A stretch of DNA of 64,000 nt from Candidatus Iainarchaeum sp. (GCA_016187745.1 JACPJC010000006.1:26747-90746), one strand, 5' to 3'. Shown: positions 29,074-38,355, counted from the first letter of the stretch. Translations and numbers: made by a program. The notes: generated from the sequence alone by a model not told the origin.

Positions 29074-29552
29074 ATATGATAGTAACAATATCGGGCCTGC
29101 CGGGAACGGATGCAAGGGAGATCTGCAAGCAGATAGCGCTTGAATTCAACCTGCAGTATGTTTCCCTTGAGCAGATAGGAAAGGGGATTGCGCTTCCGGG
29201 CAATGCCGCAAGGATTTCAGAAATGCTCAAGGCGGCAGTGCGCAGGAAAAACTGCATAGTGGAGCATGCGCTCGCGGGAATAATGCTCAGCAATGCGGAT
29301 GCGAAGGTCTTCCTGCTTTCATTCAGGCTCAACAGGGCGAGGATGCTTTCCAAGCGCGAAAAAATAGAATTCGATGCCGCGCTCGGAAAAATCGAGGGCG
29401 AAGAGGAAATCCTGGGGAAAATCGCATCAGACGAACTTGGGATTGGAATGGACAGCCTTAATCCCTATGACCTTGTGCTTAACTCTGACAAAATCGGCAG
29501 CAATGATGCGGCGGAGCTAATAAAGAATTACATAAAGAGGGCCGTTGCATAA
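29070..29552 (+). CDS. cmk: Cytidylate kinase (archaeal type)
   Basis: P-loop TISGLPGTD. Conserved L34e-cmk-L14e order. Confidence 0.75.
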   Translation: MNMIVTISGLPGTDAREICKQIALEFNLQYVSLEQIGKGIALPGNAARISEMLKAAVRRKNCIVEHALAGIMLSNADAKVFLLSFRLNRARMLSKREKIEFDAALGKIEGEEEILGKIASDELGIGMDSLNPYDLVLNSDKIGSNDAAELIKNYIKRAVA

Positions 29553-29571
29553 ATTTTAGGGAGGGAAAAAA

Positions 29572-29793
29572 ATGCCTGCGCTTGAAGTTGGAAGAATCTG
29601 CGTGAAAACGCGCGGAAGGAATGCCGGAAAGAGGGTAGCAATAGTGGAAATGCAGAAGAATTTTGCGGTAATTGACGCGCCGAACATGAAGAGGAAGCGC
29701 TGCAACATCCTGCACCTGATTCCGCTTGAGGAGAAGATTGATGTGAACAAGGGCACAAGCCATGAGGAAATTGCAAAAATTATGAAAAAATAG
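29572..29793 (+). CDS. rpl14e: Ribosomal protein L14e
   Basis: eL14 KOW domain. Confidence 0.82.
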   Translation: MPALEVGRICVKTRGRNAGKRVAIVEMQKNFAVIDAPNMKRKRCNILHLIPLEEKIDVNKGTSHEEIAKIMKK

Positions 29794-29823
29794 TGGAAAA
29801 TAGTTTGTGTTTTTAAATAGAAT

Positions 29824-30387
29824 ATGGGGAAAATTAATATGGTTGAAGGAAAAATTGCAGAAAATCCGGATGAAATCCGCTATATTGTCAGGATTGTCGG
29901 AAAGGACCTTAACGGCCTTTCCCCAATATGGCATGCGCTTCTTGGAATAAAGGGGATAGGGCAGAGAATGGCAATAATGATGGCAAGGGCATTTGAAAGC
30001 AGGACAGGAATCGGATATGATGCTAAGCTCGGGGAGATTCCAGAGGACAAGCACAAGGTGCTTGAGGATATTGTGATGCACCCGGGGAATTATGGCATTC
30101 CCTCCTGGGCATTCAACAGGGGGAAGGATATTGAGAGCGGGAAAGACATGCATCTCGTAATGTCGGAGCTTGATTTTTCATTGCGCAATGACTTGCAGAG
30201 GCTGAGGGAAATAAAGACCTACAGGGGGATGAGGCACACCTGGGGGCTTCCGGTAAGGGGCGGAAAAACAAGGACAAGGGCAAGGAAGCGCGGCGTTTCC
30301 GTCGGAGTGGAGAAGAAGGCTGCAAAGGCCGCAATGGCCCCGAAGGCCGGGGAAAAGGCAGAGGCAAAAGAGGAAAAAAAGAAGTGA
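29824..30387 (+). CDS. rps13: Ribosomal protein S13
   Basis: uS13 homology. Confidence 0.9.
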   Translation: MGKINMVEGKIAENPDEIRYIVRIVGKDLNGLSPIWHALLGIKGIGQRMAIMMARAFESRTGIGYDAKLGEIPEDKHKVLEDIVMHPGNYGIPSWAFNRGKDIESGKDMHLVMSELDFSLRNDLQRLREIKTYRGMRHTWGLPVRGGKTRTRARKRGVSVGVEKKAAKAAMAPKAGEKAEAKEEKKK

Positions 30388-30393
30388 TGAACA

Positions 30394-31002
30394 ATGGGCG
30401 ATCCTAAAAGGGCCGAAAGGCAGTATGAAATTCCCAGGAAGCACTGGGATCTTGCCATAATAGAGAATGAGCGCAAGACCATGGAGACCTATGGCCTGAA
30501 AAACAAGCGCGAGCTGCACCACCTGCAGGCGATTGTAAAGACCAAAAGGCACAATGCGAGAAGTTTGCTTGCGCTTTCCGCGGAACAGCGCGTGAAAAGG
30601 CAGTCCGAACTTCTTAAAAGCCTTGAGAGAATAGGATTGCTGCCGGAGCATGCTACGCTTGATGATGTTTTGGTTCTTTCAATTGAGGAATTGCTCGAAA
30701 GGCGCCTCCAAACTGTAGTGTGGAGGAAAGGGCTTGCAAATACGATAGGGCAGGCAAGGCAGTTCATAGTGCACGGGCATATTGCGGTTAACGGCAGAAA
30801 AATTGACCGGCCGGGCTACATAGTTTCAAAAGGCGAGGAAGAAAAGGTCGCATATTATGGGAAGCAAATGCAGCTTGCGGCAAAGGAAAAGGTTGAGGAA
30901 ATTAAAAAAGGGCAGGATGCGGAGGCGCAGGGAACTGAGGAAGCGGAAGCCGCATCGGGGGAAACTGCCGAAGAGGCAATAAATATGGAAGAGGCGTCTT
31001 AA
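30394..31002 (+). CDS. rps4: Ribosomal protein S4, with acidic C-terminal tail
   Basis: uS4 homology. Confidence 0.9.
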   Translation: MGDPKRAERQYEIPRKHWDLAIIENERKTMETYGLKNKRELHHLQAIVKTKRHNARSLLALSAEQRVKRQSELLKSLERIGLLPEHATLDDVLVLSIEELLERRLQTVVWRKGLANTIGQARQFIVHGHIAVNGRKIDRPGYIVSKGEEEKVAYYGKQMQLAAKEKVEEIKKGQDAEAQGTEEAEAASGETAEEAINMEEAS

Positions 31003-31003
31003 A

Positions 31004-31396
31004 ATGAGCGATGAGGAAAAGCGCGGGATTCTGCACATATATGCGAGCCATAACAACACGATTCTCCTGCTTACTGATGTGAGCGGCGCGGAAACAATTG
31101 CAAAATGCTCCGGGGGAATAGTTGTAAAGGCGCAGCACAAGGAGGCTTCTCCGTATGCGGCAATGAAGGTTGCGGAGGTTGTTGCGGAGAAGGCAAGGGA
31201 GCGCGGAATCAGGTTCATTGATGTCAAGGTGAGGGCATCCGGAGGCACAAAGCTAAAATCCCCGGGTCCGGGGGCTGAAGCCGCAATCCGCTCGCTGACA
31301 AGGCAGGGGCTTATAATAAGGAACATTGAGAATGTAACTCCGATGCCGCATGACGGGACAAGAAGGAAAAGGAAATACAGGAGCAAAAAAAAGTAA
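31004..31396 (+). CDS. rps11: Ribosomal protein S11
   Basis: uS11 homology. Confidence 0.92.
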   Translation: MSDEEKRGILHIYASHNNTILLLTDVSGAETIAKCSGGIVVKAQHKEASPYAAMKVAEVVAEKARERGIRFIDVKVRASGGTKLKSPGPGAEAAIRSLTRQGLIIRNIENVTPMPHDGTRRKRKYRSKKK

Positions 31397-31450
31397 ATAT
31401 TAATTTTTCCTGAAAGAAGGGAAATTAATAAGAAACCGGAGGTTTCTTAT

Positions 31451-32200
31451 ATGGATGTAAAAAAAATTGCACAGAAGGAAAATACCCTTAAATTCCTTGT
31501 AAGGGGGGTAAATTCCGAATTTGCGAATTCCCTGCGCAGGGCAATAATGGCTGATGTGCCCATACTTGCGATAGAGGATGTTTCAGTATATGAAAATTCC
31601 TCAATATTATATGATGAGTTCCTTACCCAGAGGCTTGCATTGATTCCATTGACAACAGATTTGAAAACATACAAGAAGGGTGAATCCGCTAAAATGAGCA
31701 TCGATAAGGAAGGGCCCTGCACGGTCTATTCAAAGGACATAAAATGCAGCGATCCGAAAATTGAGGTAGCGGACAAGCGCATTCCGATTGTCAAATTGCT
31801 GAAGGACCAGAAATTAAAGCTTGAGATGAAGGCAGTAATGGGCTTCGGGAAGGAGCATGCGAAATGGCAGCCTGCGGTTGTTTCCTACAGGCAGCTTGCA
31901 ACAATAAGCATTGGGAAGGACTGCGACCTGTGCGGGAAATGCATTGAGAACTGCGCAAAGAAGCTTCTGGAGGCAAAGGCAAAGAAGATTGTCCTGGAAA
32001 CGCCGATTGAATGCGATTTGTGCGGAAAATGCAGGGATGTGTGCAACCTGCAGCAGCTTGCGATAGAATACAGCAAGGATGATTTTTTGTTCACTGTGGA
32101 AAGCCACGGGGCCCTTGAGGCCTCTGAAATAGTGGAAAAGGCTGCGGAAATCCTGAAAGACAGGAATTCGGACTTCAGGAAGGAGATTAAAAAATTATAA
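31451..32200 (+). CDS. rpoD: DNA-directed RNA polymerase subunit D (with ferredoxin-like Cys domain)
   Basis: Rpb3/RpoD homology. CDLCGKCIENC...CDLCGKCRDVC cluster. Confidence 0.9.
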   Translation: MDVKKIAQKENTLKFLVRGVNSEFANSLRRAIMADVPILAIEDVSVYENSSILYDEFLTQRLALIPLTTDLKTYKKGESAKMSIDKEGPCTVYSKDIKCSDPKIEVADKRIPIVKLLKDQKLKLEMKAVMGFGKEHAKWQPAVVSYRQLATISIGKDCDLCGKCIENCAKKLLEAKAKKIVLETPIECDLCGKCRDVCNLQQLAIEYSKDDFLFTVESHGALEASEIVEKAAEILKDRNSDFRKEIKKL

Positions 32201-32288
32201 CATTACAATCAGAAACTGCGTTTCCGATACCTTCCTTTGTTTCAAGGGAAACTCGGACGAGGAGATTAATAAATTATAACATTACAAT
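32184..32288 (+). repeat. About 27-bp direct repeat (gagattaa[a/t]aaattataacattacaat) flanking a 52-bp insert at the rpoD 3' end
   Basis: Copies at 32184-32209 and 32262-32288 have 1 mismatch. Each spans the last 5 codons and the stop of rpoD. Confidence 0.8.
32206..32236 (-). repeat. Type-1 30-nt element, copy c (opposite orientation)
   Basis: The reverse complement is ggaaggtatcggaaacgcagtttctgattg. Confidence 0.8.
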
Positions 32289-32322
32289 TATTATGGGAAA
32301 GCCCGGTGGAATCCTGAACCTT

Positions 32323-32384
32323 AAGGGAAAGGGTCAGGATTAGCCTAAAACTGGGGAAAACCGTAGGTTTTCCGCGGTTTGGAT
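32323..32384 (+). repeat. Type-2 element, copy B, ending exactly at tRNA 5' end
   Basis: aagggaaagggtcaggattagcctaaaactggggaaaaccgtaggttttccgcggtttggat is about 80% identical to 26318-26377. Confidence 0.75.
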
Positions 32385-32526
32385 GCAGGGGTACCCAAGC
32401 GGCCAAAGGGGCAGGTGAGTTTTGATTTGAAAAAAACAAAATTCTGCCAAACTTAAGGTCTCTTGAAAAAAGGATGGGAAATCCTGTGGCTTAGTGCCTT
32501 CAAGGGTTCAAATCCCTTCCCCTGCA
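32385..32526 (+). tRNA. Type II tRNA (Leu-like; A73, long variable arm) with intron(s); anticodon tentatively UAA
   Basis: Acceptor GCAGGGG/CCCCTGC. 3-bp D-stem CCC/GGG with an 11-nt loop. T-arm AAGGG-TTCAAAT-CCCTT. Variable arm GGC-TTAGT-GCC. The precursor is 142 nt. The only good anticodon loop is CTTAAGG at 32452-32458, which would require two introns (32417-32451 and 32459-32481). Confidence 0.7.
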
Positions 32527-32535
32527 CACCAATCC

Positions 32536-32558
32536 CTTTTCTTTTAGGAAAAGAAAAG
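32536..32558 (+). terminator. Hairpin CTTTTCTTTT-agg-AAAAGAAAAG after tRNA
   Basis: Perfect 10-bp stem of the same sequence family as the hairpins at 3276-3365. Confidence 0.5.
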
Positions 32559-32651
32559 ATCTGGGTTTTACCCCAAAAGAAAATAAAAAATAAAATTCAG
32601 GGAAAGAGAAAATAATTTTCGGAAAAAAAATAAAAAATCGGGAATGAGAAA

Positions 32652-33020
32652 ATGAAAGTTACAGGGCCTACGGAACTCGGAACTCAGGTTCTTATAAGAA
32701 GGCTTGAGAAGCTCGGAAAAAGCAGCGGGCAGGCCATGTGGCTTGACCTTGCGGAAAGGCTGGGAAAGCCGCGCAGGATAAGGCCTTCGGTTAATTTGTG
32801 GAAGCTCGGGAAAATGGCAAAGAAATTCCCGGGAAAAACATTGCTTGTTCCGGGGAAGGTGCTTGGCTCGGGCTCGCTGGATTCCGCGCTTTCAATATGC
32901 GCGCTTGAATTTTCCGCTGGCGCAATGAAAAAAATCTCCGGGCACAAGGGAAAGGCGCTGACGCTGGATGAATTCGTAGGAAAGCCCGCAGATGCGAAGG
33001 ACATTGCAATAATAAAGTGA
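32652..33020 (+). CDS. rpl18e: Ribosomal protein L18e
   Basis: eL18 homology. Confidence 0.85.
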   Translation: MKVTGPTELGTQVLIRRLEKLGKSSGQAMWLDLAERLGKPRRIRPSVNLWKLGKMAKKFPGKTLLVPGKVLGSGSLDSALSICALEFSAGAMKKISGHKGKALTLDEFVGKPADAKDIAIIK

Positions 33021-33451
33021 TTTTTATGACAACAATAAATGCAGAAAACCTGATTCTGGGAAAGCTTGCGACAAATGTTGCAAAGCGCCTTATTTCAGGG
33101 GAAACCATAGCCATTGCAAACGCGGAAAAATCCGTAATGCTCGGGACAAAAGAGGCAAAGGCATACAAGTTCAAGGTGAGGCTGGGAATCGCGTACAAGG
33201 GGATGCCTGAGCGCGGGCCGAAATACTCGAACAGGCCTGAAACCATAATGAGATATGCAATAAGGGGCATGCTGCCAATGGAAAGGGCCTCGGGGAGGGA
33301 TGCATTCAGAAGGCTGAAGGTTTATTCAGGCCTGCCAATGGAGCTTAAGGACAGGAATTTAAAAACAGTTCCTGATGCAAAGTGTAAAAGCGACAGGTTT
33401 GTTTATCTGGAAGAGGTTTGCAAGCATCTGGGATATGAGGCGAAAGCATGA
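33017..33451 (+). CDS. rpl13: Ribosomal protein L13
   Basis: uL13 homology. Confidence 0.9.
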   Translation: MIFMTTINAENLILGKLATNVAKRLISGETIAIANAEKSVMLGTKEAKAYKFKVRLGIAYKGMPERGPKYSNRPETIMRYAIRGMLPMERASGRDAFRRLKVYSGLPMELKDRNLKTVPDAKCKSDRFVYLEEVCKHLGYEAKA

Positions 33452-33882
33452 GCGCGGAGCAGAAGGCATCAAAAAAGGCAAGGCGCAAGGGCGTTGTAAC
33501 AAAGGCAAGGCGCAAGACCGCAATAGCGCACGCCATTCTCAGAAAGGGCACCGGGAAAATAAGGGTGAACAGGATGCTCCTTGGAATTGTGCAGCCAAGG
33601 TATGTGCAATTGCTCATAAAGGAGCCTATAACACTTGCGGGGGAGCTTGCAAATGACATTGATGTTGATGTAAGCGTAAAGGGCTCGGGGCAGATGGCGC
33701 AGGCGGTTGCCGCGCGCGGAGCAATAGCAAAGGCGCTGGTCGCATACACCAATAGCCCTAAGCTTAAAAAGGAATTCCTGGATTACAACAGGATGCTTAT
33801 TGTTGATGACATAAGGCAGACCGAGCCCAAGAAGCCTTTGGGAAAAGGCGCAAGGGCAAAGAAGCAGAAATCAAAGAGATGA
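33448..33882 (+). CDS. rps9: Ribosomal protein S9
   Basis: uS9 homology with a basic C-terminus. Confidence 0.9.
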   Translation: MSAEQKASKKARRKGVVTKARRKTAIAHAILRKGTGKIRVNRMLLGIVQPRYVQLLIKEPITLAGELANDIDVDVSVKGSGQMAQAVAARGAIAKALVAYTNSPKLKKEFLDYNRMLIVDDIRQTEPKKPLGKGARAKKQKSKR

Positions 33883-33895
33883 CAAACATGGGGTT

Positions 33896-33917
33896 AATAA
33901 GGGCATTATGCCATTAT
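33896..33917 (+). promoter_or_regulatory. Palindromic motif AATAAGGGCATTATGCCATTAT upstream of rpoN
   Basis: Near-perfect inverted repeat. The same motif occurs at 40678-40700. Confidence 0.5.
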
Positions 33918-33954
33918 AGCAGAAATCAAAGAGGTAAAATTCAGAGGTGAAAAA

Positions 33955-34152
33955 ATGATTGTTCCGGTAAGATGCTTTTCATGCGGGAAGGTTCTCGCTG
34001 GCATGTATGACGAGTATCTGCAGCGCATAAGAAAGGGGGAAAGCGCGCAGAAGGTCATGGATGCTTTGGGAATAGAAAGATACTGCTGCAGGCGCACTAT
34101 TTTCGCGCATGTTGATTTGATGGATGAGATGCTTAAATTCCCAAGGCAGTAG
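33955..34152 (+). CDS. rpoN: DNA-directed RNA polymerase subunit N (Rpb10)
   Basis: MIVPVRCFSCGKV...RYCCRR zinc-bundle motif. Confidence 0.88.
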   Translation: MIVPVRCFSCGKVLAGMYDEYLQRIRKGESAQKVMDALGIERYCCRRTIFAHVDLMDEMLKFPRQ

Positions 34153-34166
34153 ATGGAGTTGCAATA

Positions 34167-34985
34167 ATGAGCGAAGAAAAAAAGCACACTGAAAAGGCGG
34201 AAGCAGTGAAAACTCCGCAGAATGGGGATAAGCCGATTCCATCCCCGCAGAACGTTTACGGGAATGAGGAGTTCCAGATTTCAGGGAAAACGCTTGTTCC
34301 TGCCGACGTTTACCTCAAGGCGGGCGTGCACATTGGCACAAAATTCAAGTCCGGGGACATGTCGCGCTACATTTACAAGCAGAGAAGGGACGGCCTGAAG
34401 GTTATGGACATTGCGACATTTGATGAGCACCTGAGAATTGCTGCTAATTTCATCGCGCAGTTTGCCCCTGAAAGGGTTGCGATTGTCTCGCGCAAGCTTT
34501 ACGGCCAGAAGCCAGTGCAGGAATTCGCTGAATCCATAGGCGCGCGCGCATTTGTTGCTAGGTTTGTGCCGGGAACCTTCACAAACCCCGAGGGGAAGGA
34601 GTTTGTCGAGCCGCAGCTTGTAATTGCAAATGACCCCGGGGCGGATGCGCAGGCAATATCGGAAGCAACAGTAATGAAAAGACCTGTAATCGCATTCTGC
34701 AATACCGACAGTTCGCTGAAAAATATTGACTTGGCAATCCCGATGAACAACAAGGGAAGGAAAAGCCTTGCGCTTGCGTACTGGATACTCACAAGGGAAG
34801 TCCTGCTCCTGCTCAACAAGATAAAGAGCCCTGCGGAATTCACAAAAAAGGTTGAGGATTTTGAATATGTGCTGAAGGAAGGGGCCTCTGAATCCGATGA
34901 GGGGGAAGAGGGCGGCAGGAAAAAAAGCTATGGAAGGGACAGGGAGCGCACTGAAAGAAGGGGATTCAGAAGGCGCGAATACTGA
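34167..34985 (+). CDS. rps2: Ribosomal protein S2
   Basis: uS2 homology with a charged C-terminal tail. Confidence 0.88.
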   Translation: MSEEKKHTEKAEAVKTPQNGDKPIPSPQNVYGNEEFQISGKTLVPADVYLKAGVHIGTKFKSGDMSRYIYKQRRDGLKVMDIATFDEHLRIAANFIAQFAPERVAIVSRKLYGQKPVQEFAESIGARAFVARFVPGTFTNPEGKEFVEPQLVIANDPGADAQAISEATVMKRPVIAFCNTDSSLKNIDLAIPMNNKGRKSLALAYWILTREVLLLLNKIKSPAEFTKKVEDFEYVLKEGASESDEGEEGGRKKSYGRDRERTERRGFRRREY

Positions 34986-35004
34986 TTCTCCAGAATGAAA
35001 AAAC

Positions 35005-35817
35005 ATGGATTCAAGGAAGTGCGCGGTCTCGGGCTCTTTTTACCCTTCAAACGCTGAAGAATTGAAATACGCTGTTTCTGGATTTTTCGCAAATGTTAAG
35101 CTGATGCATAAGAACAAAACTTCCGTAATTGTCGCTCCGCACGCGGGATACGGATATTCGGGGCAAACGGCGGCATACGCCTACTCTGTTTTGAATTCCG
35201 CTGAAACATTTGTAATCCTTTGCCCTAATCACACAGGGCTGGGAAGCGCGGTTTCAATCTCCTCAAGTGCGCAATGGGAAACCCCTCTGGGAAATCTGCA
35301 GGTTGATGCGCAATTTGCTGATGCGCTTGCTGATGCTCTCAGAATTGAACGTGATGATTTAGCGCATTTGCAAGAGCATGCAATTGAAGTGCAGCTCCCC
35401 TTCATAATCCGCAAATTCGGGAACAAAGTGAAAATCGTTCCGATTTGTTTAGCAATTGATGATTTTAATTCCTTAATAAAAGTTGGGCAGGCGATAAGTG
35501 AAATTCAGGCTAAAACAAAAACAAAAATCTGCGTCATTGCAAGCTCTGATTTCTCGCATTTCATCCCTTTGGAAAGCGCGAAGGAGAAGGATTCTGAGGC
35601 GATAGAAGAAATCAAAAAACTGGATGTCTCCGCTTTCTACAAATTGGTGCATTCCAGGCGCCTAAGCATCTGCGGATACGGGGCGATAATTGCGGCAGTT
35701 AAGTATGCGAAGGAAAAGGGGATGGAGCGCGCTGAGTTCCTGCGTTACTCAACAAGCGCCGATGCAACGCGCGACAGGAGCAGTGTTGTGGGCTATGCCG
35801 CATTGGCATTTTACTAG
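35005..35817 (+). CDS. Memo1-family protein (AmmeMemoRadiSam system protein B-like)
   Basis: Memo-like motifs (APHAGYGYSG, HAIEVQLPF, SDFSHF). Confidence 0.75.
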   Translation: MDSRKCAVSGSFYPSNAEELKYAVSGFFANVKLMHKNKTSVIVAPHAGYGYSGQTAAYAYSVLNSAETFVILCPNHTGLGSAVSISSSAQWETPLGNLQVDAQFADALADALRIERDDLAHLQEHAIEVQLPFIIRKFGNKVKIVPICLAIDDFNSLIKVGQAISEIQAKTKTKICVIASSDFSHFIPLESAKEKDSEAIEEIKKLDVSAFYKLVHSRRLSICGYGAIIAAVKYAKEKGMERAEFLRYSTSADATRDRSSVVGYAALAFY

Positions 35818-35828
35818 TTAGATTTAAA

Positions 35829-36482
35829 TTGAACATGAACGTTAGATTATCTATGAAACTGAACTTTAAGGATCCAACAGTCATTTCCCTTGTTCTGGCA
35901 AACCTGATTACAATTGTCATAGCGGTCTGGTTCAGCTGGAACCTGCTTGATTTGCTCTGGGTTTACTGGTGGCAGAGTATAATAATCGGGTTTTTCACCT
36001 TTTTTAAAATATTGTCGCTTAAGGATTTTTCTACAAAGAACTTTACCATACACGTTAGTGGCATAATTGCTGGCACAACCAAAGGGCAGCCAAAGCCGGT
36101 AAAAGTTGGCAAGGAGGGTGCTGCCCTCTTTTTCGCATTCCACTACGGCTTTTTTCATTTGGGGTATGCTGTTTTTTTGATGACTCTGCCATTCGGAACT
36201 TCCGCTAATTTCGGATATGTGGCGCTTGCTGCAGCAGCCTTTTTAATAAATCATCTTTTTTCCTTTTTGTATTACAGGGGCCGGCAAAAGAAAAAGCAGA
36301 ACCTTGGGGCAATAATGCTTTCCCCCTACAAGAGGATAGTTCCCATGCACTTCACAATGATTGCAGGCGGGTTTTTAGCAGCCGGCGCCATATTGCTTGT
36401 TATATTCCTCCTTCTTAAAACAGCCGTTGATGTCATAATGCACGCTATAGAGCACGAGGGGCGGCAGCCGGATAAGCTGTAA
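35829..36482 (+). CDS. Hypothetical polytopic membrane protein
   Basis: Multiple predicted TM helices. No family recognised. Confidence 0.5.
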   Translation: MNMNVRLSMKLNFKDPTVISLVLANLITIVIAVWFSWNLLDLLWVYWWQSIIIGFFTFFKILSLKDFSTKNFTIHVSGIIAGTTKGQPKPVKVGKEGAALFFAFHYGFFHLGYAVFLMTLPFGTSANFGYVALAAAAFLINHLFSFLYYRGRQKKKQNLGAIMLSPYKRIVPMHFTMIAGGFLAAGAILLVIFLLLKTAVDVIMHAIEHEGRQPDKL

Positions 36483-36599
36483 TTTTCTGTCAAGCCGCCC
36501 GTTATCTCTTTTTGGCTAAAAACGAAAAAAGCAAAACAGCGCTGTTTAAATACTTCAGAGTCTTGTTATAGTTAAATTCAACGCAAAGGAGGTGCACAA

Positions 36600-37073
36600 A
36601 TGGCTGATATCGGGAAGTTGTTGAGCGCAACAAAATTGCAGCTTGCAATAGTGATTGTGCTGGGAATAATCTCAGCGGCAATAACCTACATGGCATATTC
36701 GGGGATTAGCACTGTGGAAGATATGCTCGCGCTTGCGGCAAGCCCAGTAATGCTGGTTTCAAGCGTTTTGGGGCTGGTCGGCCTTATGGTAATAATATGG
36801 GCAGGCTATGTCGCGGCAAAGGCAGTCAGGGGCGGAGCTGTTGATGGCGGGCTTGCAGGGGCATTGATCGGAGTCATTTCAGGCGTAATCGGCGGAATAA
36901 TAAGCCTTGCAACAATAATGCCGTTAATGGCAAAGCTGTATGCTGCGGTTCCCATGATGTCCGGCGCATTAGCGGGCGCTGGTGCAGTTAGCCTTGTAAT
37001 CGGCGTAATAGTCGCTGCAATAATCGGCTTCATTCTGGGGGCAATAGGCGGATTCATCGGAAGGAAAAAATAG
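36600..37073 (+). CDS. Gly/Ala-rich small membrane protein
   Basis: Four hydrophobic GxxxG-rich helices. AAGGAGG ribosome-binding site. Confidence 0.55.
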   Translation: MADIGKLLSATKLQLAIVIVLGIISAAITYMAYSGISTVEDMLALAASPVMLVSSVLGLVGLMVIIWAGYVAAKAVRGGAVDGGLAGALIGVISGVIGGIISLATIMPLMAKLYAAVPMMSGALAGAGAVSLVIGVIVAAIIGFILGAIGGFIGRKK

Positions 37074-37227
37074 GCGGGCTTTCAATCCGCTTTTCCTTCT
37101 TTTTCTTGTTTTTTTGCTGTTTGCCTATGGGCAGAAAGCCTACCAAAAGCCTTTTATTCACTGAAAGCAGTAAATATTATATATACTAAAGGTACTATAG
37201 TATAAGCAAGGCATTTTGGGTTAGAAC

Positions 37228-37989
37228 ATGGACTTGGAAGCTGTAAATGGGTTTTTGCAGAGGCTTGGGCTTACTGAATATGAGGCAAGGACTCTTTCCT
37301 CATTGTTCAGGCTGCGCGAGGCCGAAGCTCCGGAAATAAGCAGGAGCGCCCAGGTTCCGAAAACGCGCGTTTATGATGTTCTGGAAAGGCTTATGAAGCG
37401 CAAGCTTGTTATTGAAACATACGGCAGGCCAAAAAAATACAGGGTATTGGAAAGCGAGGCTGTTTTTAAGGAACTTCTGAACGGAAAGAAAAATGAGATT
37501 TCAGATTTGGAAAGGGAAGCGGGCGCAATAAGAAGCGTGATTTCCGACTCGGGCGCAATTGCAAAATCCGAGGGCGAGAGGGTAATGAAGGTGAAGGACC
37601 GCAATGACTTCATAAAAATACTTTCCCAGGAATTGGGAAGCGCAAAAAGCGATGTGATTGCATTTACGAATTTCTCAAAGCACCATTATCCGGAGTTTGC
37701 GGACGCGATAAAGAAGGCAAGCTCTAAAAGGGTCAAGGTCAGGGTGCTTGCAAAATTGCCGAATGAAGTTGCGCATCTTTCCAAGGAATTCGCAAAATCG
37801 GGGGTTTCACACAGGGATGCGGAGCACGGGATGCACGCGTATGTTGTTGATGGAAGGAAAGTAATACTTGCAATAAGCGATTTCACTGAGGAAAGGCCGG
37901 AATACCATTTCACAATCTGGCCGAACAACAAGGGAATGGCCTCAGCGCTTTCAGGCTATTTTGAGGAAGTCTGGAAGAAGGGGAAATAA
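37228..37989 (+). CDS. TrmB-family transcriptional regulator
   Basis: N-terminal wHTH (LTEYEARTLSSLFRLREAEAPEISRSAQVPKTRVYDVLERLMKRKLV) plus a C-terminal TrmB-like domain. Confidence 0.75.
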   Translation: MDLEAVNGFLQRLGLTEYEARTLSSLFRLREAEAPEISRSAQVPKTRVYDVLERLMKRKLVIETYGRPKKYRVLESEAVFKELLNGKKNEISDLEREAGAIRSVISDSGAIAKSEGERVMKVKDRNDFIKILSQELGSAKSDVIAFTNFSKHHYPEFADAIKKASSKRVKVRVLAKLPNEVAHLSKEFAKSGVSHRDAEHGMHAYVVDGRKVILAISDFTEERPEYHFTIWPNNKGMASALSGYFEEVWKKGK

Positions 37990-38042
37990 GCCGGAATGGA
38001 AGCATACTCTGAAAATTTTAAACTATATAAGAGGAAAACAAA

Positions 38043-38324
38043 ATGAGATTCAATCCCCTTAGAAGGCTTAAAAGAGGGGTATATTCCAGAAATGAAGGCT
38101 GGAGATGGGGAAAAGAAGACGAACATGTTTGGAAACATGGAGGCGGGGGAGGGGATAAACCTACTTTTGAAGACCTCAAGAATTTTATAAGAGGCCAGAT
38201 TAGAGTGGATGCACCTCTGAAAGAGGTGAATGATGCCCTGAATAGCATGAAACAACATTTTTCAGAGGAGCAGATATTGGCTGCACAAAGGGCTGTTGAA
38301 GAAGAGCGCAAGGTAAAGAAATAA
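38043..38324 (+). CDS. Hypothetical protein
   Basis: 93-aa ORF in an AT-rich segment. Confidence 0.35.
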   Translation: MRFNPLRRLKRGVYSRNEGWRWGKEDEHVWKHGGGGGDKPTFEDLKNFIRGQIRVDAPLKEVNDALNSMKQHFSEEQILAAQRAVEEERKVKK

Positions 38325-38355
38325 TTTGTGGCAAGCAGATAAAGGGGGATAAATC

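Noticed and set aside
32385-32530. Encoded 3' CCA on the tRNA (sequence continues ACACCA)
   Set aside because: Only ...GC-A-CACCA is present. The CCA is not directly after the discriminator base, so the match is probably fortuitous.
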